A stretch of 64,000 nt of DNA from Camelus ferus (taxonomy: Eukaryota). A program made the translations under genes and the position numbers. The notes beneath the pieces are model-generated. The model saw only the letters and a program-made list of their open reading frames with translations, was not told the origin of the DNA and made no database searches. This document shows, one piece after another, positions 36,661-49,014 of the stretch (positions are counted from its first letter, which is position 1; every line of letters begins with the position of its first letter). The stretch lies in the NCBI RefSeq assembly GCF_009834535.1, contig NC_045696.1, positions 114,578,001-114,642,000 on the forward strand, read 5' to 3'.

Positions 36661-36969
36661 TTTTCTAAAGAGTCATTTTTGCCCAAAAGTGAAGCTCATG
36701 TGTTCTGTCATTATGTTATTTTGCATACCACCATCCTAGAACATCCTTGCCAAGACATTTAGGTGTTTCTAGACTCAGCCATGAGGTGAAAAACAATGTT
36801 TTCTCTATAAACACAGAGCTTTCAATCAGTGGTGAGTTTTCTGGGCCCCTGACAATTGGTCATTGATCATTGAAAACCTTCTAATTAAAGGTTTTTGTTT
36901 GTTTATTTTGGTAACTTCTAGTTTTGAAATAATTCCAAACCTAGAGAAAAGTTTCAAGAGAAAATTCAA

Positions 36970-38748
36970 AGAGATGGCAACAGGATGGTGAACAAGGTGG
37001 TCCCAATTCTCATCACCACCCCCTCCCAAAAAAGAAAAACCCAACTAAGTCAATGAATAGACAACTGTATCACAATGAAAACAGCTGTGGGAGCTCCAGA
37101 GCACAGTGAAGAACCTACAATAACCCAGATGAGCAAAAACAGCAACAACAGCCATGTAGAAAAGTGAAGGCTGCATTTTGCCTATGTCACCTCATTCCCC
37201 AATCCAGCACAACTTGACGTTAAGAGGGAACCTCATGGAATTCTTCTCCTTGTGGGGAGAAAAGGACATTGGAAGGACCCTAGAAGCTCTTGCCAACACC
37301 ATGGACACCGACAGACTTTTCGCCCTGAGAATCCTCTCAGTCTTCACTGATGATGATGGCAGCTGCCCAGAGTCCACCATGCTGTACTCTCCTGGAGAAG
37401 GAATCAGAACTGTACCACCCCAGGACAAGAGCCATGATCCATTCCCACCTCTACACAGCTGTGCACATGCCCTGAACCCAGATCTGCAGCCATTCCACAC
37501 ATGCCCATGTTTTGGACCCCAGCACCTCTGCCTGCATACCTATATGCCCCACCCAGTGTAGAGAGATTCTCTTGGCTATGACTTCTACCCAAGAGGGAAA
37601 AAGAGAATAGGAAGACCCTAGAAGGCTTCACCACCAAGGATCCCAACAGCCCTCCCTGCTGTTACAAACACTCAGTGCCTGCGCTGCTAAGGACCCCCAA
37701 GTATGCAAGGTTGTCTCAATATTCAAAAATAGATTAATATAATCAATTACATCAACAGACTAAAAATGAAAAATCACATGGTCTTATCAGTCGATGCAGA
37801 AGAATTACTCAACAAAAATCTAACACCCATTCAGGATAAAAACTATCAGTAAACTAGGAACAGAGAGGAATCATCTTAACTTGACAAAGAATATCTGCAA
37901 ATCAACCTACAGCTGACATCATACTTAATAATGAGACATCCCCTCCCATCTGTCCTTTTCAACATCATACCGGAAGTCCTTGCTAATGCAATAAGGCAAG
38001 AAAGGGAGATAAAGGATATATAGATTGGGAAGAAAGAAATAAGACCCTCTTTGTTTGTAGATGATCTGATCATTACTGTAGAAAATCTAAAAGAGTTGAC
38101 CAAAAAACTCCTGCAACTAGTAAGTGAGTCGAGTAAAGCTGCAGGATATAAGGTTAATATACAAAAGTCAGTTGCTTTCCTATATACCAGCGATGAATAA
38201 CTGGAATTTGAAATTTAAAACACAATACCATTTAAAATTAGACCCCTTATAAATGAAATACTCCAATACAAATCAAACAAACTATGTCTAAGATTTATAT
38301 GAGGAAAAATACAAAACTCTGCTGAATGAAATAGAAGAATTAAGTAAATGGAAAGGTTCATGAATAGGAAGACTCAATATTGTCAAGATCTCAGTTCTTT
38401 GCAACTTGATCTATAGATTCAATTAAATCTTAATCTAAATTCTAGACAGTTATTTTGTAGATATCAATAAACTGATTGTAAAGTTTACATGGAGAAGGCA
38501 AAGACCCAGAATGGCCAACACAATATTGAAGGAGAAGAACAAAGTTGGAGGACTGATGCTACCTGACCTGAAGACTTCCAACAAAGCTACAGTTAATTAG
38601 ACAGTAAGGTACAGATGAAACAACAGACAGAAGTCATAGATCAATAGGACAAAATAGAGTCCAGAAATAGACCCACATAAATATAGTCAACTAATCTTTC
38701 ACAAAGGGGCAAAGGCAATATGATAGATCAAAGAGAGTCTATTCAAAT
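36970..38748 (+). mobile_element. Old L1: 5'UTR-like segment (~36970-37697) joined directly to a decayed ORF2 RT region (~37698-38748)
   Basis: 37701 onward follows the MQGWFNI...NHM..SIDAEK part of ORF2. The RT motif LFVDD is at 38051-38065, and later ...GAAATAGACCCACATAAATATAGTCAACTAATCTTT. The 5'UTR call is weaker than the ORF2 call. Confidence 0.8.
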
Positions 38749-39264
38749 TTTCCCTCAAGTATTTCTGGCAGACATGGAGGTGGAGGATGAGAGTTTAAGG
38801 GGCATATTCATACACCCAAATATCACTGCATATTGCTACCAACCTTGTCACTCCTATCCTGCCCCAGCTACCTCTTGAAGTTGTCTCCTTTTTGCAAAGT
38901 CATTTTAAGGACCTATATACATTGATGTTTACCATGATCAAACTACTGGTGCTTAAGCCAAAGACATCCTTAAAATGCTCGATCCATACTAAGATCCAAG
39001 AAGAAGTGGAGAAAACAGCCCTTTCGCCAGTCTTTGGTTGTGTTTTGTTCCTGGATCTCCTAGGTAGCAGTGCTGATACCCACAGGGTCAAAACATTTCC
39101 CCTAAAAACAGCTGTTTCAGCTTCTAGCTCTGAATTTTTTCTCTCTTACATGAGAGACTGGAAAGAGAACAGACCCAATTCATTCTTTCTGTCAGTTCCT
39201 GAACTTTCCTCTGAGGGGCCTCAGTCTATACAAGGAAAGACACAAGTAACAGATATGTTGACAT

Positions 39265-39497
39265 AACATTACTCAACAGTGACATCATTGACATTTGGGG
39301 CTGGACAATTCTTTGTTTTGAGGGGCTGTCCTGTGCTTCATAGGATGTTCAGCTGTATCTCTGGTCTCTGCCCACAGTGTGCCAGTAGCACCCCTCCCCG
39401 AGTCTTGACAATGAAAAGGGTCTCCAGACATTGTCAGGTGTTCTCAGCAGGGGTGGAGGTGGATGTTGACAAAATCATCCCCAGTTGAGAACCAATG
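39265..39497. mobile_element. hAT-Charlie MITE MER20
   Basis: TTGACATTTGGGGCTGGACAATTCTTTGTT...GGGGCTGTCCTGTGC...GTCTCCAGACATTG...CCCAGTTGAGAACCA. Confidence 0.9.
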
Positions 39498-40074
39498 CTT
39501 CAAAGCCACTGCCAGCATGTATATCAATTTGCAAAGATACTCAAGGACCTTGGGCCCACGTGCACAGGCACCCTCTGCTCTGGCTGGGCAGCCTTGGGAC
39601 TCAGTACCTTTCCATTGCTGCTGTTTTTTTGTGAGGTCTTCAGTTTTGTTTTCCCTTTAATTATTTCAGATGCTGAAGCTTAATTCTCAATCTTTGTCTT
39701 CTAGTCTTAACTCACAGTCCATTTAAAGTGGCAAGAAAAGGAAGAGGAAAAAGAAAATCCTGGCATCTGCTACTTCCTTTCCTGATTCTTGGTTCCCTCA
39801 CCCCCATCCCAATGCTGATTTCCCTGTCCTAGGTCCATCTCACTCACAGGCAAATCTCCAGCCTGCCTCTCATCTCACGTATATTCCCAGTGATGTACCT
39901 CAGTGCATGCCCCAAGACTCTGCATTCACATTTGTGATGCCCACATTCATTTTTATCATTCTCTGTAGCACCCTGAAGAGAGAGAGGCAAAGAGTTGGGT
40001 CTCTCACTGTACCTGATGCCTGCTTCTCTTTCTATTTTTCACTAGGAAAAAACATCTTAAAGGGAGTTGGTGTT

Positions 40075-40225
40075 GAAAAGCATGGTGTTTGCAGCCTTAG
40101 GTTGGAATCCTGGCAATACCAGCTGTGTAACCTGGAGCAAGTTACTTTACTTTTCTGTGCTTCCTCATCTATGAAGTGGAGATAATAAACCCTGCCTCAC
40201 AGGGTTGCTGTGAGCATCCAACTGT
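40075..40225 (+). mobile_element. MIR SINE
   Basis: AGGTTGGAATCCTGGC...CAGCTGTGTAACCTGGAGCAAGTTACTT...TTCCTCATCTATGAAGTGGAGATAATA...CACAGGGTTGCTGTGAG. Confidence 0.85.
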
Positions 40226-40834
40226 CTATTAAGTCTATTATCCACAATCACATATTTATCAATATCATATATCCCTATCCACGTACCTGTAACTACATAT
40301 CTATCTCTGTCTTTGGCCATATTCTTATTTCTATACCTCTTGATATAATAAATGTTCAATTAATTGTTTTATAATAACAGTGGATAACCAGCATTTGATA
40401 TAACCATAGAAGTAATTTTATTTTTCCCATGCTCTCCTTTGTAGAAAACTTCACTGAGTTGGCTTCTAAAAAAACAAAAACAGAAACCTACATTTTATTT
40501 TAAAAGGCCTTAAGGATGTTCTTCATATTTCTGAAAGTATTGGGCACTTTTCGGTTACATTAGTAGAAATACACTATAAGTAGCGATGCAAACACTTGGT
40601 TAAATCTTATCTTCATACTAGCAAAAAAGAATATTTGAATAAATGTTTCTAAAACCTTCTGAGTGTAAAATTGAGTGGATATAAAATCAGGTTGCCCTTG
40701 GTAGGGACATAGGATTTTTTCTATTGCTATGTAAAGTTTCATTTGAATCACTTTAGAGTTATTCTTCAGCGATTTCTCTGAATGCCTGCAAACTCTTTGT
40801 TCTGGGCATTAAGCATAATTCATGAGTTTGAAGT

Positions 40835-41010
40835 ACCAATACTGGAGTCCAGTTGTCTGAGTTTGAATCCCGGTTCTCCAGTCACTTGGCGTGACCTCGA
40901 GCACGTTGCTTAACCTTCAATTATCCAGTTTCCTCATCTGTAAAACAGAAAAGTAATTATATCTATCTGATTAGACTTTTGTGAAGATTAAGTTAATATA
41001 TGTAAAATCC
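40835..41010 (+). mobile_element. MIR SINE
   Basis: CTGGAGTCC...GTTTGAATCCCGGTTCT...GTGACCTCGAGCA...CAGTTTCCTCATCTGTAAAA. Confidence 0.85.
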
Positions 41011-42149
41011 TTGAAATATAGAAAATAGTCGTTCCTGATAGCTACTATAGCTTTAATTTATTTATTTAGAAAATTTTTGCTATGACAGAGAAACCAAACC
41101 TTATGCATAGAGTAATGTCATTTGTACATATTTTATAATATATTAACTTTTTATAATAAATACTTTATATTAACTTATAGAAATAAAATTGGGAACTTTT
41201 TTTCTCTTTTTCTGTGTTGGATAAGAAACACTATGAAAGAAAGAAAAATAAATTTATCCCATAATATTTTTGGATAAAAATTGAGCCAGTTCTGGGATTG
41301 CCTAGATCTCTGGATGAGCAGTACCTAAGAAAAACTTGTGTGATGTCTTCGACTAAACTACTTTAAATTATTCCAACTGTGAGACATTTCCCTACTCTAT
41401 GATTCAACATACACTTGATTAATCAATGAAAGCCCAACGTAAAATGTTTATAAACATCAGCGAGTGCTGGACGGACCCCCAATGTGGCAGATATATTACA
41501 ACTAAATAAAATAAAATGAGTGGGGCTAATGTCAAAAGAGAAGGTCAAATTATGACAGAATTAGTATTTATCATCAATGTTGTGTTAAATTTACACATGC
41601 TATCTTCAAAATAAAGAAAACATCTTTTTTTTTTTCCCTTCCTCCTAACTTAAACAAAAGTGTCGAATTTTATATTCAGGGAGTGAATTTCTGTACCTCA
41701 GAAAATGCATTATCATGCCATCGTGAATTTTTTTGAGAATAGCGCTCTTCACCTGAGATAAGAATGTGGATCAGAAATGCTTTTATGATGTCAGACAGGT
41801 TATTTTCTTCCATTATTATGCTCTTATGGGTTCTGCTGCCTTGCTTTCTTAGCATCTGTGAATAAATGTGAACGGTTATCCATGGAACTTATGGCCACTC
41901 CTTGTCTTATGTCCTATAGAAAGGGTCTATCCCAGTGCCTAAAACTGGCAGAAGTTACACATTTCTCTATAAAGGGATCATTCAAATAATATTCTTATCA
42001 AAGGTAGACTCTCCATAGTCAAAGAATGAGCAAAAATGAGATACTTATTTTAAACTTGCTTAATTAAAAGAAAATAATACAATGTTATTCTTAGTGTATG
42101 GAATGCTACAGGAGGTAGGGACCTTCTCTCTGCATTATAATTAATAAAC

Positions 42150-43012
42150 TATTTTTAAAAGAGGTTAGAGTTTTCAGAAAAATAAGTGGAATGTGCAGAG
42201 AATTCCCCCATATCCTGTCACCCTTTCCCATTTTTTCTTATTAACATTTTGCATCAGTGTGGTGCGCTTGTTACAAATCATGAGCCAAGACTGATAATCT
42301 AACTAAAACGCATAGTTTACCTTTGGGTTCCTTCTTTGTGTTGTGCGTTCTGTGGACTTTAACCTATATCTAATGGCATGTATCCACAGTTAGAATTTCA
42401 TACAGAACAATTTGCTGCCATCATAATCCCCTGTGCTCCACCGATTCCACCCGCCCTCCCTATAAACTCCTGGAAACCACGGTTTTACAGTCTATAGTTC
42501 TGCCTTTCCTAGAATATCATACAGTTGGAACCATATAGTATGTAGCTTTTGCAGACTGGCTTCTTCCACTCAGCAGCATAAGCTTAAGTTTCCTCCATAT
42601 CTGTTTGTGGTTGGAGATCTCTCTCTCTCTTTTTTTTTTTTTTTAGCACAGATTAATATTCCATTGTGTGGCTATACCACAACTCATTTACACATTTGCC
42701 TGTTGAAAGACATGTTGGTTGATTTCCGAGTTTTGGAAATTATTGATAAAGCTTCTAGGAACAGGCATGAGCAGGTTTTTGTGTAGACATAAGTTTTCAA
42801 CTCTTTCTGGGTTGAGACTAAGGAGTGTCTCATAGGGTAAGAGTATGTTTAGTTTTCTAAGAAACCACGAAACTGTCTTCCAAAGTGACTGTACCATCGT
42901 GCATTCCCACCAGGAGTAAATGAGGGTTTGTGTTGCTTCACATCCTCACCAGTTTTTGGTGTTGTCAGTGTCCTGGATTTTGGCCATTCTAATAGGAGTA
43001 TCTCATTGTTAT
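42150..43012 (-). mobile_element. Old L1 3' end (L1MC/MD-like)
   Basis: Reverse L1 3' UTR and end of ORF2; the ORF track at 42688-42897 gives VQSLWKTVSWFLRKLNILLPY. Confidence 0.88.
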
Positions 43013-44109
43013 GTTAATTCTCCTTTGTGGTTTTGTTTTGTTTTGTTTTGTTTTACAACAGATTATACTGATAACCCAGCCACATCTGCAGATATGACTT
43101 CTTTGTGGATCAGTGCTAGTGGAGGAAACTCATAAAACCTTGATTCAATAGGTATAAAAAGCTAGGAAAGGATATATTTTGACTTCAGAGAGGCTTAGTC
43201 TGAGATCAGGAGGATTTTTTTTTAATTGTTGTTTTCTTTGAGAGTCATTCATGTTTAATACAAAAGTTGGAATAGCTTGTGTAATGTTAAAACCTGATTC
43301 ATCTTAAATTTCTTACAGTCCTAATGTCATTATCTTTTAATCAGAGTGTGTCACTGGAATTCAGGAGAGATTTGAACAGACAAGTAGGAGACAATAGCTA
43401 AATCATTAGACTGAGAAAACAACAAACCAAAGCATCCAATAAGGCTTTGTAGAATTATAATACTCAACAAATAGAATTCTAAATGACAGGGAAATTCATA
43501 CCTGCCTTCAACTGCAAACTGCCTGGATCTGGAAAATTAAAACAAAGCAACCTACTGTGGCTTAAAGTGTTGGAGAGATCTGACTGGTTTCTCTCAGGCA
43601 AGACCAGGAATCCAGGCTTCTTTTGATCTGTAATTCATTGATGGGTAAAACAAAACAAAAATTGAAGTTAAGTTCCACTTACAGAATTTCTTTAGGGTAG
43701 AAGTTTAGAAATAATAATCTAAATAGCTTGAATTTGTCCATCCCAGTTGCATCTTCCATATCCTTTTACTTTAACCTTTAAAAAAGTTCCCTTCTTAGCT
43801 TTTCCTGCATACATTTGCTGGGCAACATTGCCACTAGGGCTTCCAGAATCATGCACCACATATATGCTGAAGGTCCTCACTGCTGAGCTCCAGACACACA
43901 TGTCTTTCATCCATTCATCAATTTGTTGATTGACTAACTGAGAAACTCATCCATGGGTCATGTAGATCGATATATCAGCTATGAGGTCTTGTGCAACTTA
44001 TTGTCTCAACCTATTTTTGTATCTACTCTGTAGGTATAATAGTACATAGCACTCAGGGTAATAGAGAGAGTTAAGTAAAACAATATTTGTAATTTTTGTG
44101 GCTAGAGTC

Positions 44110-44598
44110 TGCCAACTGAAATTGGCACTTACCATCTGCTTCTACAAGGATTAAATCAGAGCTACCACAGCCACTGACCTTCAACACACACTGAACGGAG
44201 TCCAGGGCAGCAATCAGGGATGAGGCACCCTGTGCTCTGGGAAAAACTGGCAGTCTAGGCCTTCAGATAGATACTTTCAGGAGAAAATTTTATGAGCCCA
44301 AATTCTTGCATCTCCTCATATCTAAAAATGCACTAAAATCGTTAACAGAGACATCTGCTCCTAGTGACTGGCAGTAACCTTCAGGAGACTAGCAGCAACC
44401 TTCTACAAAAATGTGTGCTTGACTGCACCTACCCCCTTCACCAAAATCACAGGCATACTGGCCCCGTCTCTACCTCTTCGCAGCAGTTCCTCAGAGCTTT
44501 CTGAGATGATGTCTCACAGGCTATAGTCCTTATTTTGCCCCAAATAAAATGTAACTCACAACTCTCACATTGTGCTTTTTTTTTTTTTTCAGCCAACA
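44110..44598 (+). mobile_element. ERV1-class solo LTR (MER34/39-like)
   Basis: TG...CA ends with imperfect inverted termini (TGCCAACTGAA / TTCAGCCAACA), AATAAA near the 3' end, and 4-bp flanks AGTC/ATTC (one mismatch). Confidence 0.85.
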
Positions 44599-46220
44599 AT
44601 TCCTACCGCTACTTCCTTAGTGTAGAATATCTTTATTTCCTGGACTGCTATAATGGACTCCTGATTAAGTTCTTTGCCTTTTATTTGTTTTCCCATCTAC
44701 ACACAACCTCTGCCAGTTGATTCCAGTCTCCACACTTGGAGGTAGTTGGACTGGGGTTAGCAAACGAGAGGCCAAGAGAGAAAGGTGAAGTCCACCTGGA
44801 GAGGAAGACAGGGGACACTGCAAAGGACCTCGATGACAAATGTGCAGATCTAAGAACAAACCCTCCCAATCCAACCCACTCCAACCCACTCCTGTACTCA
44901 TAGGTGCCATTAAGGACAAAAATTGGAGGGGAGGAACCTTTGAACACTGATAGCTTTTTCTAGAAAGGAATCTTTTAAACTAACAGAACACTATTTAACC
45001 AGCATGTGGTAGAAATATTATTAATTGAAAGGCTTATGTTTCCCTGCTACTTAATAAAGTGTTGAAAGGAAGATAAAATTAGTTAAGGGAATGTAAAATA
45101 AAAATACATTTTATCCGAATTGTGAATGTAATATGTGTAACTCTGCAGCCCTGAAACTGTGTCTCCTAGAATTATGGTCCTGTTGTTTTCCAGGCAGTGG
45201 AACTTGGCTAAAAATCTCTACTGACTGATAACTGTTGTTTGTTTGCTTGTTTGTTTTTTGGGAATCTTATCCTTTTTTTCCCTGTCCTATTAAAAATAAA
45301 TTATTTTTAAATTTGGAATATGAAAGCATAAGTTTTTCCCTGATATTTGGTATAAAATTTCACAAGGGAAACACATTAGATGACACAAATCTATCTGGCC
45401 TTCAGCTTCTCTGGGCAAGCAGACAAGTGGTAAAATGCCTTCGACATCTTTAGGGAAATGAAACTTGATGTGCTCTAGAGTTTGTAATGAACCAAATGGA
45501 CATTCAAACATTCAGCAAACAGTTTTGATCATGCATAACCGCCTCAAAGACAGCAGATGACAAACTTCACCCACCCAAAGCTGAATGAAGAAACTATGGC
45601 TAAAGGACTTATAATGGCCAATGAATCCATTTACCAACAGGTTGACAATTAATTGCGATATGAGAATTACGATAGGAGAAGAGAATTGTAAATGTTATAG
45701 ACTTGGTCCCAGCTTTAGCTTTATTTCCTGCCCTTTTATCATCGTACTCAAGGCTCTTTTCACACCGAAATTTTTGAAATCTGTTGTTAATGGTCTGAAC
45801 AAGGAGCCTTTCCACAAACTCTTTACTCTTGCCTGCGACAAGCTCACCGTAGTCCCATCACTTATCCAGCCCTATTCAGACACGGACTCTTCCTTCCCCT
45901 GTTCAATGCCTACACATCCTAAGAGCTCAGCGTCATCACTTTCTTCAGGAGAGTTTCCCCATCACCTTCCTCTTTCAGGCTCCTGTACTCAGTCACTCAC
46001 CACACTTAACAAACTGCATGAGAAATCTCCTGTTTCTGAACATTCTTCCCAGTCACTGCACTCTCTAAAAGACTGTTAGTTTTGTGCTTACAGAAACGGG
46101 AATTATTATGCTCATTTGTTCTTAAAGTCCCAGCATGTTTCACAGAACCTTCATCTATGGTACACACTCAATACATAAATTGATGCACATCAAGATGTGA
46201 AGATGGTTCTAAGAATTTTT

Positions 46221-46300
46221 TGCTTCTCCTTGTCTTCTTGTCTCCTTGTCTTCTCCTTGTCATGCACACACACACACACACATACAGACACACACACACA
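46221..46300. repeat. (TCTCCTTGTCT)-like repeats followed by (CA)n
   Basis: Directly visible. Confidence 0.8.
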
Positions 46301-48689
46301 GCTGACATACTCAAAAAGGTTTTAATTAAAAAAAACCCAGATGTGTTGTTTTTTAAAAGTAAGGAACACAATTCACAATCTGTTGTGACTTGCCCAGACC
46401 CAGGTTTCAGGTAAAATCAATGAACACTATTTTGACCCTCAAACTATGTCATTTCAAGTAATGGTTTTATACCATTGAACGGTTAATTTTAACAATTTGA
46501 TTTGCAAAGCAAACTATATTAACTTGATTTATTATGAAACAGGAAACTTAACTTCATTTGACCAGACACCATGCTGCCAGTAATTTGACAGTAATGATAT
46601 TGTTTTCCCCCTAGGGACTGAGATTAACAATATCAGCTTACTAAGTTAATGCTTGTGTGTGTATTGTCAATAAATAAGTGAGTGACTAACTTGGGTAAAT
46701 AAAAGGCAGATTCTGATATCAGGGCTATTGAACTTAAGAGTTCAGTCAGTTTGGCCAAATAATCTACATTTTCAAACTAGATGCGTGTGAAATACAATTT
46801 ATGTATTGTTTTATTAAATAAATATATTTTATTGCATATTGAAAAAATGTTACTCATTAGAGATCAAATTATCAGAATGAAGGATGAAAACAAATCATAA
46901 GATATTATTTTCCAAATGACTTTCGGGAAGCAGTAATTATCTCTCTGTAACAGTTGTTACAAATGTTTTCTCTTGAATAAACTCTTGATAATATAATATC
47001 TTGATCTGCTAAAATTCACTTTAATGAATTCTTTCTGAAACATGCAATGATGCAGTTAAACATATTTTATCATCTTTTGAAGCCTAGAAACATGATACAA
47101 ATACGAAGAGACCAATATGTCTTTCAGGGATTCTTAATTGTCAGTCGATGTAAATTTAGATATGACTTCTTTTTTTCTACCACTTCTCTTAAATTTTTCT
47201 TTCAGTATTAAAAAAAAAAAAAAAAGAAAAGAAAACTGGCTTCAATGGTGTGTTTTAAAACTAAATAAGGGAACAATTGGCTTCAGGTTCAAAGTATGAT
47301 TTTCCAGCCCAATGGCTTTATTTACACCGACTGTGCTTCAAATTTGGACAAGATCTTGTTCTTTTGGGGGGCATTATTTCCTTATTTTATTTGGAAAAGG
47401 GCATTAGACAATCATTTAAATAAAGGCGATATGTTCTTAATTCGTTTCCTTTTGAAAAAATTATACTGAAATTGAAGAAGTCTTTTAAAAGATTGAAATG
47501 TGTGAGTTTTTTAAAATTAGGTATCCCCTCAATTTTCTCTCTTCTTTTGTAATTTGAACTGGGAACCAAGAGTTTCATCCACATTGTCAAGTACTCTAAT
47601 CAAGTCCAAAAGGACATACAGCCTGGAGCATAGCTCTCCCATGTGTGATGTGGTTGGAGAAATAGATGGGTAATCTTGTAATGCCTGGGATGTGATGCAA
47701 CAGGACTGAAAGTGTAGCCAGAATATTTCTATGAACGAGGTGGTCAAGATTGAACTATTTACAAAGGTAATCGAAACCATGCACTCATGAACCTTGATGT
47801 TTTGGCTTTCTGAGTGACTCTAACAGAATTAACACCTCCAACCCCTTACGCCTCCCCACCATGAAATGTGAATAGCAGTGCACACGAGTGTCAATGGACA
47901 GTTACGTAAATAACACATGTGGTTATTTATTTACATAGCATATAAGGACATGGAGGCAGTCTTTCAAGGCTAGACTTGCTTGTGGTTAGAAGGAGTACTT
48001 TGGTAAGTCATTTGGAGTAGGAGGTGAAACTCCCAGAGCATGCCTACTCAAAAGTAGCTATCTTTGAAGGAGGAAGAGCTGTTCCACTAATTAGAGGGTA
48101 TTTGTTTTGCTTGGCAGTGAAATGAATGTGGCCTGGGGAAGGGGACCAAGGTGAGATACAAGGCAGAGAAGGAGCACTGTAGATGTCAGGGTGTGTGAGC
48201 AAAGGACTAGATACCTGCCTTATCTGATGCTGACTATGGAGGTGGATTTCCTACGGGACTTGCTCTGTTTTGGTAAATTCTCTCCTAGGTCCCTCTAAGA
48301 AATCTTTGCTCACTTCTTCAATTCTCAGTAATGACTTGGTGAGGGGCTTACATGGAGGACTTGTGAGGCACTGCTTTAAGGCTGGGAATAAATGTCAAAA
48401 GAATGCAAGTGGAGATGGCGGGGTATTTGGGTCATATGTGCAAAGACCCTTTCACCCAAAAGATTGTTGGTCATACAATTTATCATAGAGGTGACTTGTT
48501 TTGGGGGAGTATTTTTCCACCAGTAAGTCTATTGGGGGGGGCATACTCTATTTTCTACCTATTCTTGCTACCTGTGTGTGTATGAGAACATTAATTTCTG
48601 CAAAACAATGTATGCAATGAATCTTGATTCTCTTACTCTTGAATAAAACAATCCACACTCTTTGAAAAGAAAAAACAAACCTGTCCTTT

Positions 48690-48833
48690 GAAAAAAAAAT
48701 CTACGTATATACACTGAAGTATAGTCAGTTTACAATGTTGTGTCAATTTCTGGTGTAAGCATAATGTTTCATAATATATATATATATATATATATTCATT
48801 TTCACATTCTTTTTCAACATAGGTTACTACAAG
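48690..48833 (-). mobile_element. Short L1 3'-end insertion with TSD
   Basis: 15-bp TSD ACAAAC(C/T)TGTCCTTT at 48675-48689 and 48834-48848; internal (TA)n expansion. Confidence 0.9.
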
Positions 48834-49014
48834 ACAAACTTGTCCTTTAGGTCTTTCAGATTCGTTCCTTTGAGTGGACAAAAGGAACCCAGGGACACAG
48901 CCCTCTTTCCCCTCTACTCAGTGTCTGAAAAATACGTACTACATGGAACCAGCATTTACACTTTAAAGATGCCTGACTCCATCCACATAACTTTGGATTT
49001 TATATCCAAAAACA

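Noticed and set aside
45621..46079. 152-aa ORF
   Set aside because: No recognisable domain; the 3' half overlaps L2-like sequence, and it has no convincing splice or promoter context.
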